This document shows, in pieces, positions 51,946 through 64,000 of a DNA stretch of 64,000 nucleotides (the first letter of the stretch is position 1; every line of letters starts with the position of its first letter). The notes under the pieces are model-generated. The model ran no database searches and was not told the DNA's origin. It saw nothing but the letters and a program-made list of their open reading frames with translations. The position numbers and the translations under genes were made by a program. The DNA is from Nemertoderma westbladi (lineage: Eukaryota > Animalia > Xenacoelomorpha): the NCBI GenBank assembly GCA_032718475.1, contig JAUCBJ010003176.1:6397-70396 (forward strand). The letters run 5' to 3'.

Positions 51946-53217
51946 GTAAGTTTAGACAGTTTTCTTACACTTTAAGTCTTGCTGTATAAATTAATGGTTA
52001 CTAATGTATTTTTTTAGAAAATATATATTACATAACTATGCGACGGATTCAAAGCTAAAAAAAGTTTTAATAATGATTTAGGCAATAGGTTATTTTAAAT
52101 CTACAGATAAAATTTGGTAATTAAAAATTAGACACAAAATTAAAAATGTAATTAATAATGACATATGAAAAATTACACCACTTTTCATAATATAGTTCAT
52201 ATTATTAACAGAGCATTCGATTGAGGTTAAAAAGGATAGATCTGAAGGAGGAAAACCAATGTAAAATCAAAAAAGCTTATGGAAAACTTAATGAAAATGT
52301 TAAAGTAGCTGGGCAGAAGTTAAATTAATTGATGTGTGCAAACTTGGATAATTTATTGTTCGATTCCACTCACAATAAAAAATAAAACCGTCTGCGTATT
52401 GAAATAAATATTTTCTAATTTTAAATATTTCATTGTGAAGGCGCTGCTGGCTTTTGATAAAATAGTGGCGACACAACTTCCTATCACATATTCGATTTTA
52501 TAGATCATCTGTATCTTCAGGGACAGTATTTTTTAAGTATTATGTTCCTGGACATGTATGTCAATGTACTTGACACATTGACATGATCAGAGACATGATC
52601 TGACAGATGTTAGGACAATTGAGACCCGGACAATTGTGACTCCGAAATTTGAGACTGAGACAATTGCAACACGGTAAATTGCGAGTCATGATTTTCTAAA
52701 AAAAGGATGATTCGTAATATGGATCCTTCCCACACATTTTTCTACAAATTTTGATGAATTTGCATGGAATTTGAAACAGGGCTAGTTTCGCCTCCCCCTA
52801 CCTGTGATAGATCTTTTTACAGAACACAAGCGAAAACAGTGGAATAGAAATAGCTGGTTCTCTGTTAGGAACCTTTTATGACATATAACATTAGGGATCT
52901 CTGGCCATGTGTTAACCATCTTTAACTCAGGCCAACTACTACGTTTAATTATTAGTTTTAAATTTATGCCAGGTCTGATCTGATAAGAAATGAATATTTA
53001 ATATCGCGACAATTTAATTCTATAATTACTTATAGAAATGTAATGATTGACTAATTTTATGTAGACATAGGTACTCTGTGTTATTTTTTTGTTGTCATTG
53101 TGTTTTGGACTTGAGTGTTTTATGAGGTTCTTCTGATGTGTTTGACGGTGATCGAATGTGTTCGGTCGTGTTTGTCTTTCAGTACCTTCCCTAATAATTA
53201 ATTAATTTAAATTTTAG

Positions 53218-53445
53218 ACAACCATTAAATCAACTCATCGTGGGGTTGTATGCGACGGCCTCTATGGCTATTACAACCGTTGCCCGTGCTTTTCCTCTCA
53301 AATCACTAAGGACATTCGATGGGTAATCCAAACTGATGTGGTTCTAGAAAACGTTCCCGTCAACACCGAGGGAAAAGCAATCCGACAGGGTGTTTTTCAC
53401 TCCAGTAGATTTAGCTCGCTTTTCCTGGGACAGGGAGCAATGAAC
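53218..53445 (+). CDS. Unknown four-exon gene, exon 3 (absent from the ORF track)
   Basis: ttttag|ACA...AAC|gtttgt; 76 open codons, TTIKSTHRGVVCDGLYGYYNRCPCF...FHSSRFSSLFLGQGAMN. Confidence 0.65.
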
Positions 53446-54076
53446 GTTTGTTAATTATAATATTTAATTTTATTACGTAATTTAAAACCTTAAATAAAAT
53501 ATGATACAATGTAATTAAACATAAACATAGATAAATAAAATAATTGTTTATTTCGTAGGTCCAAGAAAAAAATATTTTATTGGACGCACTGTAGTTTATT
53601 TTTCTTGTTATTTTAATATAAAGAGGAGAATTAAATTTTTAAATATCTTTCTTTCAATGAAATGCACACTGCAGAAATGTACATGGAATAGTTTTTAGAA
53701 TCCAAGGCCCTGCCAGGCCGAGACTTACATTTCATTTTTTTTAACCTAACAGGATAAAATAAAATTTTCAAAATTCTCTGTTTTTCTTTTCTTTTATATT
53801 AACTTTTCTAGAGCATGTTATAACAGGGTTTAAATATAGACTGCTCCTGGGAGCAGTTAGGTGAAGATAATGATGTAAGGGCGGAGGTCTGTTGTCCAGT
53901 GGTTTAAGTTACAATAATATAAATTCGGCATATTGCCACCTTCATGAGTATGGTTGTAAATTATTAAGAATTAATATTGCGGCAAATTGCCACATTTTTA
54001 AGGGTTGTTACGGAAACGGTTCATATTATGTTTTTCCTTACGTGATAAATTAATTTTAATTCTTTTTTTTATTTAG

Positions 54077-54301
54077 TCAAAAACTCAGACATTAACAAAT
54101 CGGCAAGTGCGGCGACATGTGAATCAGCAAATCCAACAATATAATGGTCAATGGAATGTTGTTGGATGGTCGAAATCAAGTAGTTTTGGAGCCGATGAAG
54201 AAGGGGGGACAATGTTCGACTCTTCAAAATTACATATATCATCTGTTAGACCAATTGGACCGTATGAGTTTCAGCTTCTCGAATGTAAGCTATTTAATTA
54301 A
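54077..54301 (+). CDS. Unknown four-exon gene, exon 4
   Basis: atttag|TCA...TAA; SKTQTLTNRQVRRHVNQQIQQYNGQWNVVGWSK...LHISSVRP...; a possible further donor (t|gtaagc) lies near 54284. Confidence 0.6.
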   Translation, partial: SKTQTLTNRQVRRHVNQQIQQYNGQWNVVGWSKSSSFGADEEGGTMFDSSKLHISSVRPIGPYEFQLLECKLFN

Positions 54302-54569
54302 AAATAGTTTAATAATTTCTGTTAATGATAACGATCATTAGCACTTTGAGTATCAAAAACAGTACGATGGACCAATATAAATTTGGTTATTATATTATAA
54401 ACAATCTAGTCCTATGAAAAAATTTAAAATTTATAATAAATATGTAATATATTTCGCTATTTAAGAAAGCTTTAAGTGAAAATTAAATGTAAAAGTTGAA
54501 GAGTATCATATACTTAGTCCAATGGGAAATAATTTATTATTTTCATTAATTTTAATTAGTCAATCAAGT

Positions 54570-54933
54570 CCTTACTGATAGATGTGTACAGCAGTAGCGA
54601 AACTGCACCGATATATGTTTGATGCAATCAGTGATCAGTTAAAGGCAGTCAGCTGAACGGTAGGTCTCACTTCACGGTGAAAGGCATTATGAAGAGTCTA
54701 ATCCTGGAAATGACCGTGAGGGTGAAGTCCGAAATGGGAGAAGGAAAGGGAGGGTTACATAATGACGATTGGTGTGTAACATTAACTAACCAATATGGGA
54801 AGCAGCAAAACAAACTTGGGAGGCGAAACCTACCAATCAGCTGACTGCCATTAGCCGATAAATGAATGCATGCAACGTCTATAAGTACAGTTGCTCTTTA
54901 GTTTGCTACTCCTGTACATACCTCTCTGTAAGG
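54570..54933. mobile_element. MITE with ~90-bp imperfect terminal inverted repeats
   Basis: ccttactgatagatgtgtacagcagtagc...ggcagtcagctga mirrors tcagctgactgcc...gctactcctgtacatacctctctgtaagg. Confidence 0.75.
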
Positions 54934-55452
54934 TTTTTTACTTAACTTGGTTTAGGAATTAAAATTAAACAGCATATCCTTTTAACACGTGTTAACTTCC
55001 GAATTAGTTGTTAGGAGCTTCAGGGCTACACTGTTGGTCCAGTTCTAAAACTGACAGGACCATAGGCAGAGTTAAAAAAAAAGAGAGGGCCGGATTTCAA
55101 AATGCCCCGATCGAGATAATTTAATCCAAAAAATATCAATGTGTTTTGTGTCCCTGGTGTATAATTTTTTGAAAATTTAAAATTTTAGGATGGCTAAAAA
55201 TTAAATTACAAAAAAAAAATATACATCACTATGTATAACTGTAATATTAAAGTAATGAAAAGTAAATAACTATGCAATAGAAGTAGTAGTTTTCTTATAT
55301 ACAATTGCTGCATATAAATAATAAGGGAAAGTTATATAATTTAAATTTATTATCGATGGCGATAGTAGTATGATAGACATAGAAAGTAATAATACAAAAA
55401 TTAATATTAAAATTTAACCAATTTTTATTTGTCTCATAGGTGTTGATCCTCT

Positions 55453-56200
55453 AGCCCCCCCCCGCTGGCGCCCCTGTCGGCGGCGCCCCCATCGGCGGCG
55501 CCCCCATCGGCGGTGCCCCCTTCGACGTTGCCCCTGTCGCCGCCCCCATTGGCATTGCTCCTGTCGCCGCCCCCGTCGGCGTCGTTCCCGTCGGCGTCGT
55601 CCCCGTCGGCGGTGCCCCCGTCGGTGGCGCCCCTGTCGGCGGCGCTCCTGTCGGCGTCGCCCCTGTTGCCGCCCCCGTTGGCGTCGTTCCCGTCGGCGTC
55701 GTCCCCGTCGGCGGTGCCCCCGTCGGTGGCGCCCCTGTCGGCGGCGCTCCTGTCGGCGTCGCCCCTGTTGCTGCCCCCGTCGGCGTTGCCCCTGTCGCCG
55801 GCCCCGTTGGCGTCGCCCCTGTTGCCGCTCCCATCGCTGTCGCCCCCATCGCCGCCCCCGTCGGCGTCCCCCCCGTCGCCGCCCCCGTCGGCTTCGCCCC
55901 CGTTGCCGCCCCCGTTGGCATCCCGCCCGTCGCTGTCCCCGTCGGCGTCGCCCCCATCGCCGCCCCCATTGCCGCCCCCGTTGCTGCCCCCGTCGACGCC
56001 CCCATCGGCGCCACCCCCGTTGGCGTTGCCCCCGTCGCCGCCCCCCTAGGCGCCGCCCCCGCCGCCGCCCCCATTGGCGCCCCTTCCGCCGCCCCCGTCG
56101 GCATTGCCCCCATCGGCATCGCCCCAATCAGCGCCCCCATCGGCGCCGCCCCCATCGGCGTTGCCCCCGTCGCCGCCCCCATCGGCGCCGCTGCCGACCG
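55453..56200. repeat. GC-rich degenerate 12-15-bp repeat (gcccccgtcggcg...)
   Basis: Very high GC island in AT-rich surroundings; open in several frames because of composition. Confidence 0.85.
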
Positions 56201-56588
56201 GCTGGATGTTGGACCGGAATTGTAATTCTAAGAGGACTATAATTTTCTTTTTGAATCCGCCCCGTGGTGTCGTTTTGTGTCTTTGTTTCTTTGTATTATC
56301 TTTACTATTATTGGTATTGTGGTGGTCAATTATTTTCCGAAGAATCGGCGAAAGGAGTAGAATATTTGTAATGTAAATATCTTGTGATAAAGTTATTAAG
56401 TTGTCTTAGGCATATTTGTGTATATCATGTACGTATAAGATGTTTCATCGAAATATATAACATAAATAAATTTAAGGTCGTGGTGGGGAGGGCTGCTATG
56501 TCTCATATGATTGAATAATTAATTTAGCTGTACTTGTTCTCAAATTCTATTTATATATTTATTATTTAAATTTAACTTATTATTTTCG

Positions 56589-59500
56589 ACAGTATCTCAG
56601 TAACTAGAAGTCGGTGTTACACATTAATTGCTATACAGTATCTCGGTAACTAGAAGTCAGTGTTACACATTAATTGCTATACAGTATCACGGTAACTAGA
56701 AGTCGGTGTTACACATTAAATGCTATACAGTATCTCGGTAACTAGAAGTCGGTGTTACACATTAATTGCTATACAGTATCTCGATAACTAGAAGTCGGTG
56801 TTACACATTAATTGCTATACAGTATCTCGGTAACTAGAAGTCGGTGTTACACATTAATTGCTATACAGTATCTCGGTAACTAGAAGTCGGTGTTACACAT
56901 TAATTGCTATACAGTATCTCGGTAACTAGAAGTCGGTGTTACACATTAATTGCTATACAGTATCTCGGTAACTAGAAGTCGGTGTTACACATTAATTGCT
57001 ATACAGTATCTCGGTAACTAGAAGTCGGTGTTACACATTAATTGCTATACAGTATCTCGGTAACTAGAAGTCGGTGTTACACATTAATTGCTATACAGTA
57101 TCTCGGTAACTAGAAGTCGGTGTTACACATTAATTGCTATACAGTATCTCGGTAACTAGAAGTCGGTGTTACACATTAATTGCTATACAGTATCTCGGTA
57201 ACTAGAAGTCGGTGTTACACATTAATTGCTATACAGTATCTCGGTAACTAGAAGTCGGTGTTACACATTAATTGCTATACAGTATCTCGGTAACTAGAAG
57301 TCGGTGTTACACATTAATTGCTATACAGTATCTCGGTAACTAGAAGTCGGTGTTACACATTAATTGCTATACAGTATCTCGGTAACTAGAAGTCGGTGTT
57401 ACACATTAATTGCTATACAGTATCTCGGTAACTAGAAGTCGGTGTTACACATTAATTGCTATACAGTATCTCGGTAACTAGAAGTCGGTGTTACACATTA
57501 ATTGCTATACAGTATCTCGGTAACTAGAAGTCGGTGTTACACATTAATTGCTATACAGTATCTCGGTAACTAGAAGTCGGTGTTACACATTAATTGCTAT
57601 ACAGTATCTCGGTAACTAGAAGTCGGTGTTACACATTAATTGCTATACAGTATCTCGGTAACTAGAAGTCGGTGTTACACATTAATTGCTATACAGTATC
57701 TCGGTAACTAGAAGTCGGTGTTACACATTAATTGCTATACAGTATCTCGGTAACTAGAAGTCGGTGTTACACATTAATTGCTATACAGTATCTCGGTAAC
57801 TAGAAGTCGGTGTTACACATTAATTGCTATACAGTATCTCGGTAACTAGAAGTCGGTGTTACACATTAATTGCTATACAGTATCTCGGTAACTAGAAGTC
57901 GGTGTTACACATTAATTGCTATACAGTATCTCGGTAACTAGAAGTCGGTGTTACACATTAATTGCTATACAGTATCTCGGTAACTAGAAGTCGGTGTTAC
58001 ACATTAATTGCTATACAGTATCTCGGTAACTAGAAGTCGGTGTTACACATTAATTGCTATACAGTATCTCGGTAACTAGAAGTCGGTGTTACACATTAAT
58101 TGCTATACAGTATCTCGGTAACTAGAAGTCGGTGTTACACATTAATTGCTATACAGTATCTCGGTAACTAGAAGTCGGTGTTACACATTAATTGCTATAC
58201 AGTATCTCGGTAACTAGAAGTCGGTGTTACACATTAATTGCTATACAGTATCTCGGTAACTAGAAGTCGGTGTTACACATTAATTGCTATACAGTATCTC
58301 GGTAACTAGAAGTCGGTGTTACACATTAATTGCTATACAGTATCTCGGTAACTAGAAGTCGGTGTTACACATTAATTGCTATACAGTATCTCGGTAACTA
58401 GAAGTCGGTGTTACACATTAATTGCTATACAGTATCTCGGTAACTAGAAGTCGGTGTTACACATTAATTGCTATACAGTATCTCGGTAACTAGAAGTCGG
58501 TGTTACACATTAATTGCTATACAGTATCTCGGTAACTAGAAGTCGGTGTTACACATTAATTGCTATACAGTATCTCGGTAACTAGAAGTCGGTGTTACAC
58601 ATTAATTGCTATACAGTATCTCGGTAACTAGAAGTCGGTGTTACACATTAATTGCTATACAGTATCTCGGTAACTAGAAGTCGGTGTTACACATTAATTG
58701 CTATACAGTATCTCGGTAACTAGAAGTCGGTGTTACACATTAATTGCTATACAGTATCTCGGTAACTAGAAGTCGGTGTTACACATTAATTGCTATACAG
58801 TATCTCGGTAACTAGAAGTCGGTGTTACACATTAATTGCTATACAGTATCTCGGTAACTAGAAGTCGGTGTTACACATTAATTGCTATACAGTATCTCGG
58901 TAACTAGAAGTCGGTGTTACACATTAATTGCTATACAGTATCTCGGTAACTAGAAGTCGGTGTTACACATTAATTGCTATACAGTATCTCGGTAACTAGA
59001 AGTCGGTGTTACACATTAATTGCTATACAGTATCTCGGTAACTAGAAGTCGGTGTTACACATTAATTGCTATACAGTATCTCGGTAACTAGAAGTCGGTG
59101 TTACACATTAATTGCTATACAGTATCTCGGTAACTAGAAGTCGGTGTTACACATTAATTGCTATACAGTATCTCGGTAACTAGAAGTCGGTGTTACACAT
59201 TAATTGCTATACAGTATCTCGGTAACTAGAAGTCGGTGTTACACATTAATTGCTATACAGTATCTCGGTAACTAGAAGTCGGTGTTACACATTAATTGCT
59301 ATACAGTATCTCGGTAACTAGAAGTCGGTGTTACACATTAATTGCTATACAGTATCTCGGTAACTAGAAGTCGGTGTTACACATTAATTGCTATACAGTA
59401 TCTCGGTAACTAGAAGTCGGTGTTACACATTAATTGCTATACAGTATCTCGGTAACTAGAAGTCGGTGTTACACATTAATTGCTATACAGTATCTCGGTA

Positions 59501-62104
59501 ACTAGAAGTCGGTGTTACACATTAATTGCTATACAGTATCTCGGTAACTAGAAGTCGGTGTTACACATTAATTGCTATACAGTATCTCGGTAACTAGAAG
59601 TCGGTGTTACACATTAATTGCTATACAGTATCTCGGTAACTAGAAGTCGGTGTTACACATTAATTGCTATACAGTATCTCGGTAACTAGAAGTCGGTGTT
59701 ACACATTAATTGCTATACAGTATCTCGGTAACTAGAAGTCGGTGTTACACATTAATTGCTATACAGTATCTCGGTAACTAGAAGTCGGTGTTACACATTA
59801 ATTGCTATACAGTATCTCGGTAACTAGAAGTCGGTGTTACACATTAATTGCTATACAGTATCTCGGTAACTAGAAGTCGGTGTTACACATTAATTGCTAT
59901 ACAGTATCTCGGTAACTAGAAGTCGGTGTTACACATTAATTGCTATACAGTATCTCGGTAACTAGAAGTCGGTGTTACACATTAATTGCTATACAGTATC
60001 TCGGTAACTAGAAGTCGGTGTTACACATTAATTGCTATACAGTATCTCGGTAACTAGAAGTCGGTGTTACACATTAATTGCTATACAGTATCTCGGTAAC
60101 TAGAAGTCGGTGTTACACATTAATTGCTATACAGTATCTCGGTAACTAGAAGTCGGTGTTACACATTAATTGCTATACAGTATCTCGGTAACTAGAAGTC
60201 GGTGTTACACATTAATTGCTATACAGTATCTCGGTAACTAGAAGTCGGTGTTACACATTAATTGCTATACAGTATCTCGGTAACTAGAAGTCGGTGTTAC
60301 ACATTAATTGCTATACAGTATCTCGGTAACTAGAAGTCGGTGTTACACATTAATTCCTATACAGTATCTCGGTAACTAGAAGTCGGTTTTACACATTAAT
60401 TGCTATACAGTATCTCGGTAACTAGAAGTCGGTGTTACACATTAATCGCTATACAGTATCTCAGTAACTAGAAGTCAGTGTTACACATTAATTGCTATAC
60501 AGGATCTCGGTAACTAGAAGTCGGTGTTACACATTAATTGCTATACAGTATCTCGGTAACTAGAAGTCGGTGTTACACATTAATTGCTATACAGTATCTC
60601 GGTAACTAGAAGTCGGTGTTACACATTAATTGCTATACAGTATCTCGGTAACTAGAAGTCGGTGTTACACATTAATTGCTATACAGTATCTCGGTAACTA
60701 GAAGTCGGTGTTACACATTAATTGCTATACAGTATCTCGGTAACTAGAAGTCGGTGTTACACATTAATTGCTATACAGTATCTCGGTAACTAGAAGTTGG
60801 TGTTACACATTAATTGCTATACAGTATCTCGGTAACTAGAAGTCGGTGTTACACATTAATTGCTATACAGTATCGGTAACTAGAAGTCGGTGTTACACAT
60901 TAATTGCTATACAGTATCTCGGTAACTAGAAGTCGGTGTTACACATTAATTGCTATACAGTATCTCGGTAACTAGAAGTCGGTGTTACACATTAATTGCT
61001 ATACAGTATCTCGGTAACTAGAAGTTGGTGTTACACATTAATTGCTATACAGTATCTCGGTAACTAGAAGTCGGTGTTACACATTAATTGCTGTACAGTA
61101 TCTCGGTAACTAGAAGTCGGTGTTACACTTTAATTGCTATACAGTATCTCGGTAACTAGAAGTTGGTGTTACACATTAATTGCTATACAGTATCTCGGTA
61201 ACCAGAAGTCGGTGTTACACATTAATTGCTATACAATATCTCGGTAACTAGAAGTCGGTGTTACACATTAATTGCTATACAGTATCTCGGTAACTAGAAG
61301 TCGGTGTTACACATTAATTGCTATACAGTATCTCGGTAACTAGAAGTCGGTGTTACACATTAATCGCTATACAGTATCTCGGTAACTAGAAGTCGGTGTT
61401 ACACATTAATCGCTATACAGTATCTCGGTGACTAGAAGTCGGTGTTACACATTAATTGCTATACAGTATCTCGGTAACTAGAAGTCGGTGTTACACATTA
61501 ATTGCTATACAGTATCTCGGTAACTAGAAGTCGGTGTTACACATTAATTGCTATACAGTATCTCGGTAACTAGAAGTTGGTGTTACACATTAATTGCTAT
61601 ACAGTATCTCGGTAACTAGAAGTAGGTGTTACACATTAATTGCTATACAGTATCTCGGTAACTAGAAGTCGGTGTTGCACATTAATTGCTATACAGTATC
61701 TCGGTAACTAGAAGTCGGTGTTACACATTAATTGCTATACAGTATCTCGGTAACTAGAAGTCGGTGTTACACATTAATTGCTATACAGTATCTCGGTAAC
61801 TAGAAGTCGGTGTTACACATTAATTCCTATACAGTATCTCGGTAACTAGAAGTCGGTTTTACACATTAATTGCTATACAGTATCTGGGTAACTAGAAGTC
61901 GGTGTTACACATTAATTGCTATACAGTATCTTGGTAACTAGAAGTCGGTGTTACACATTAATTGCTATACAGTATCTCGGTAATTAGAAGTCGGTGTTAC
62001 ACATTAATTGCTATACAGTATCTCGGTAACTAGAAGTCAATGTTACACATTAATTGCTATACAGTATCTCGGTAACTAGAAGTCGGTGTTACACATTAAT
62101 TGCT
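56589..62104. repeat. 46-bp tandem satellite (about 120 copies)
   Basis: Unit acagtatctcggtaactagaagtcggtgttacacattaattgctat; homogeneous core with variants toward both edges. Confidence 0.97.
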
Positions 62105-62490
62105 GTTGGATTTATCAATAGACCAATTCCACCATTGCCACTATCATCTGCTGACGCGAGGGCGAGTCGCCAACCGCCCCCCATGTCCTTAATCAGAACC
62201 TCATCAGTCTGTCCAGTCTGCATTCGGTGCTCTTGAACACCCACTGCGTTAAGAGAAAGCTTATCTGCCAAGGCAGTCAGCTCACCTTGTCGCATTGGGG
62301 ACCCGAGTGTTAGGGTGTTTACTGAGGCTAGTCTAGTGACTTGCCTTAGATTCACCAATGGCTTTGTTGGTCGGGGTGGAACATGAGAGTAGCTTCCAAC
62401 TCCAGAATCCCTCTCCCCATCACAATCTGGCCTCCCTGGCCAGAGCCCTGGGCCAGGGCCCTCCCTAGCATACCTCGGCTCTAACAACCC
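62100..62490 (-). mobile_element. 5' fragment of an RTE-type LINE (start of APE endonuclease)
   Basis: RLASVNTLTL, AVGVQEHR and GNGGIGLLIN are APE motifs I-III; the 3' part is cut off by the 46-bp satellite. Confidence 0.8.
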
Positions 62491-63184
62491 AGAAGGTAAT
62501 CTACCACCAATCAGTCGAAGATCTTACAATTCTGTGGACGACGAAGCAATTAGCGTTAGCGAGCAGATACTCTCTACTTTCAGCCCCAGTATTGGGGATG
62601 AGTTCATTAGCATGTAGGAGGCGATGTTACGCCCTGTCGCGTCCTATATGTATAACCAAAACGATGGCGTCACTGTTCTGCCAATAATAACCACCGAGAC
62701 CATCGATGGGAAGAATGCAAGAATGATCCACGGTGCTGTTATCAAGGGCCCCGCTCATCTGACAAGTGATTCATCTAAGTTGCCTTTAATCGTATTCCAA
62801 ATGATAGATCGATCAGTAGCTGAGAAGGCCAAAGAGGTCTATCACGATTCTACATTGTTCCACTATAAAGAACCTGAGGGTATAAGGAATGATATTTTGG
62901 TGGTCTGCTACCGTCTAGGGTTGTGGCCAGTAAAAATTTGACATAATCGTGGACTGTCGAGAGTGCGAATCCAAACAGCTAGCATCGTACATGCTCGGGC
63001 TATGTAGATAATAGAGTCAGATGGAATCACCAACTGGGAGGAGTATCTTCCTAGTACTTTAACCAAACTCAGGAGTATAGCAAGACTGATTCATGCCGAG
63101 AATAAACTCTTGGCTGTTTGCAATAATAACGAACTTGAGGGTTTCCTCGCTAACTTTAGACGGATTTACATAATGGGCCGCTAG
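62490..63184 (+). pseudogene. Endogenous viral element: orthomyxovirus-like (Articulavirales) polymerase acidic subunit PA, C-terminal domain
   Basis: One frame with stops at 62615, 62939, 63005 and 63182. DGVTVLPIITTETIDGKNARMIHGAVIKGPAHLTSDSSKLPLIVFQM and NNNELEGFLANFRRIYI align by eye, in order, with recalled influenza PA segments [48 protein letters not shown] and ASPQLEGFSAESRKLLL. Confidence 0.8.
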
Positions 63185-63654
63185 GAACAATTATGATAAA
63201 TATATAAATTGAAGTGAATATACTAAAAGAACTAACCTCTCTTTTGTGGTAGGTGTCAAGTCATTTAAAGTTTGTGTCATATCTGAGTCATCTTCAATTG
63301 CATCTGTAGTGGTAGACATGGTAACCTGTGAAGTAGTGTTGTCTGAAATGCCATTTAGATGTCACTTGTCATTTTAAAGTGATTTGTAGTCACATCTGAT
63401 TGTGTTTTATTGACATAAATAAATATTTGTTAAAGTCATTATTTTGAAACAGAGTGGAATGAGATTAAAATGATGAAAAATAAAAATATTTCAAACATGG
63501 GTATATCTTTGGAACCATATATCACCGTTATAACAAAACAGGTTTAGCTCTCAATATACCAAAATTTTCCAAAACTAATATTCAATAAAATGGGGTAATT
63601 TGTTTTTAAAATAATGGTATTGTTCTAGAATGGTAGCTATTTTTCTAAAACATG

Positions 63655-64000
63655 TCAGTTTTCATTTAGCAGCATTCCCATGGTAACAGTAATTATATTC
63701 CAGAATTTTATGTCACATTTAGAATTGTTAGACCAGTAGCTATCTTTTTCAAAAGATGCGATGAATTTATATTGAGTTATTAGAATACTACAGCATGTTT
63801 GTTGTTTTATCATTTCCATGACAACCGGTGATAACACCAAGTCAGCTACTGATTTAGATTTGTTATCATATCAAAATGAATGGCCAGAAGCTAGGTCTTC
63901 CCAAAAATATAAGTTCCGGGTGGTTACCAAAAAGAATCCCCTATGCTGGCTGGCCCATGGACTAATACAGTCCCACTCGCCAACAGAGTGCCATCGGATC
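63655..64000 (-). pseudogene. Possible degenerate WD40-repeat fragment
   Basis: SDGTLLASG, NLYFWE, VADLVLSP and DIKFWNI across two frames with stops; runs off the window end. Confidence 0.3.

Noticed and set aside
56589-62104. 46-bp array as CRISPR, tRNA or other RNA gene cluster
   Set aside because: No spacers, no cloverleaf or pol III boxes recognised.
63235-63420. Possible Ser/Thr-rich minus-strand exon
   Set aside because: Short, needs a frameshift, no recognisable family.

Overview
Repeat-rich eukaryotic genomic DNA, probably from an invertebrate animal; the species cannot be determined from the sequence. Roughly 45% of the window is tandem repeat, and all the giant ORFs in the track at 1-37.5 kb are repeat read-throughs. 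Host genes: (i) the 3' half of a PP2A B56/B' regulatory subunit gene (PPP2R5 alpha/epsilon/widerborst type) on +, whose exons sit between satellite-filled introns and include two homologous 128-nt exons that look mutually exclusive; (ii) an intronless, apparently secreted LRR-Ig-FN3 protein gene on -; (iii) a four-exon gene of unknown function on + that the ORF track shows only as fragments. Mobile DNA: a recent, pol-less BEL/Pao-like LTR element (550-bp LTRs, GAGCT target-site duplication) carrying an array of small hairpins, a decayed Penelope-like element, three RTE-type LINE fragments and several MITE-like pieces. The most striking signal is at 62.5-63.2 kb: a stop-interrupted but frame-intact fossil of an orthomyxovirus-like polymerase PA gene, joined to the 5' end of an RTE LINE in the orientation expected if the LINE reverse transcriptase copied negative-sense viral RNA. 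All protein assignments come from motif recognition by eye; no database search was run.
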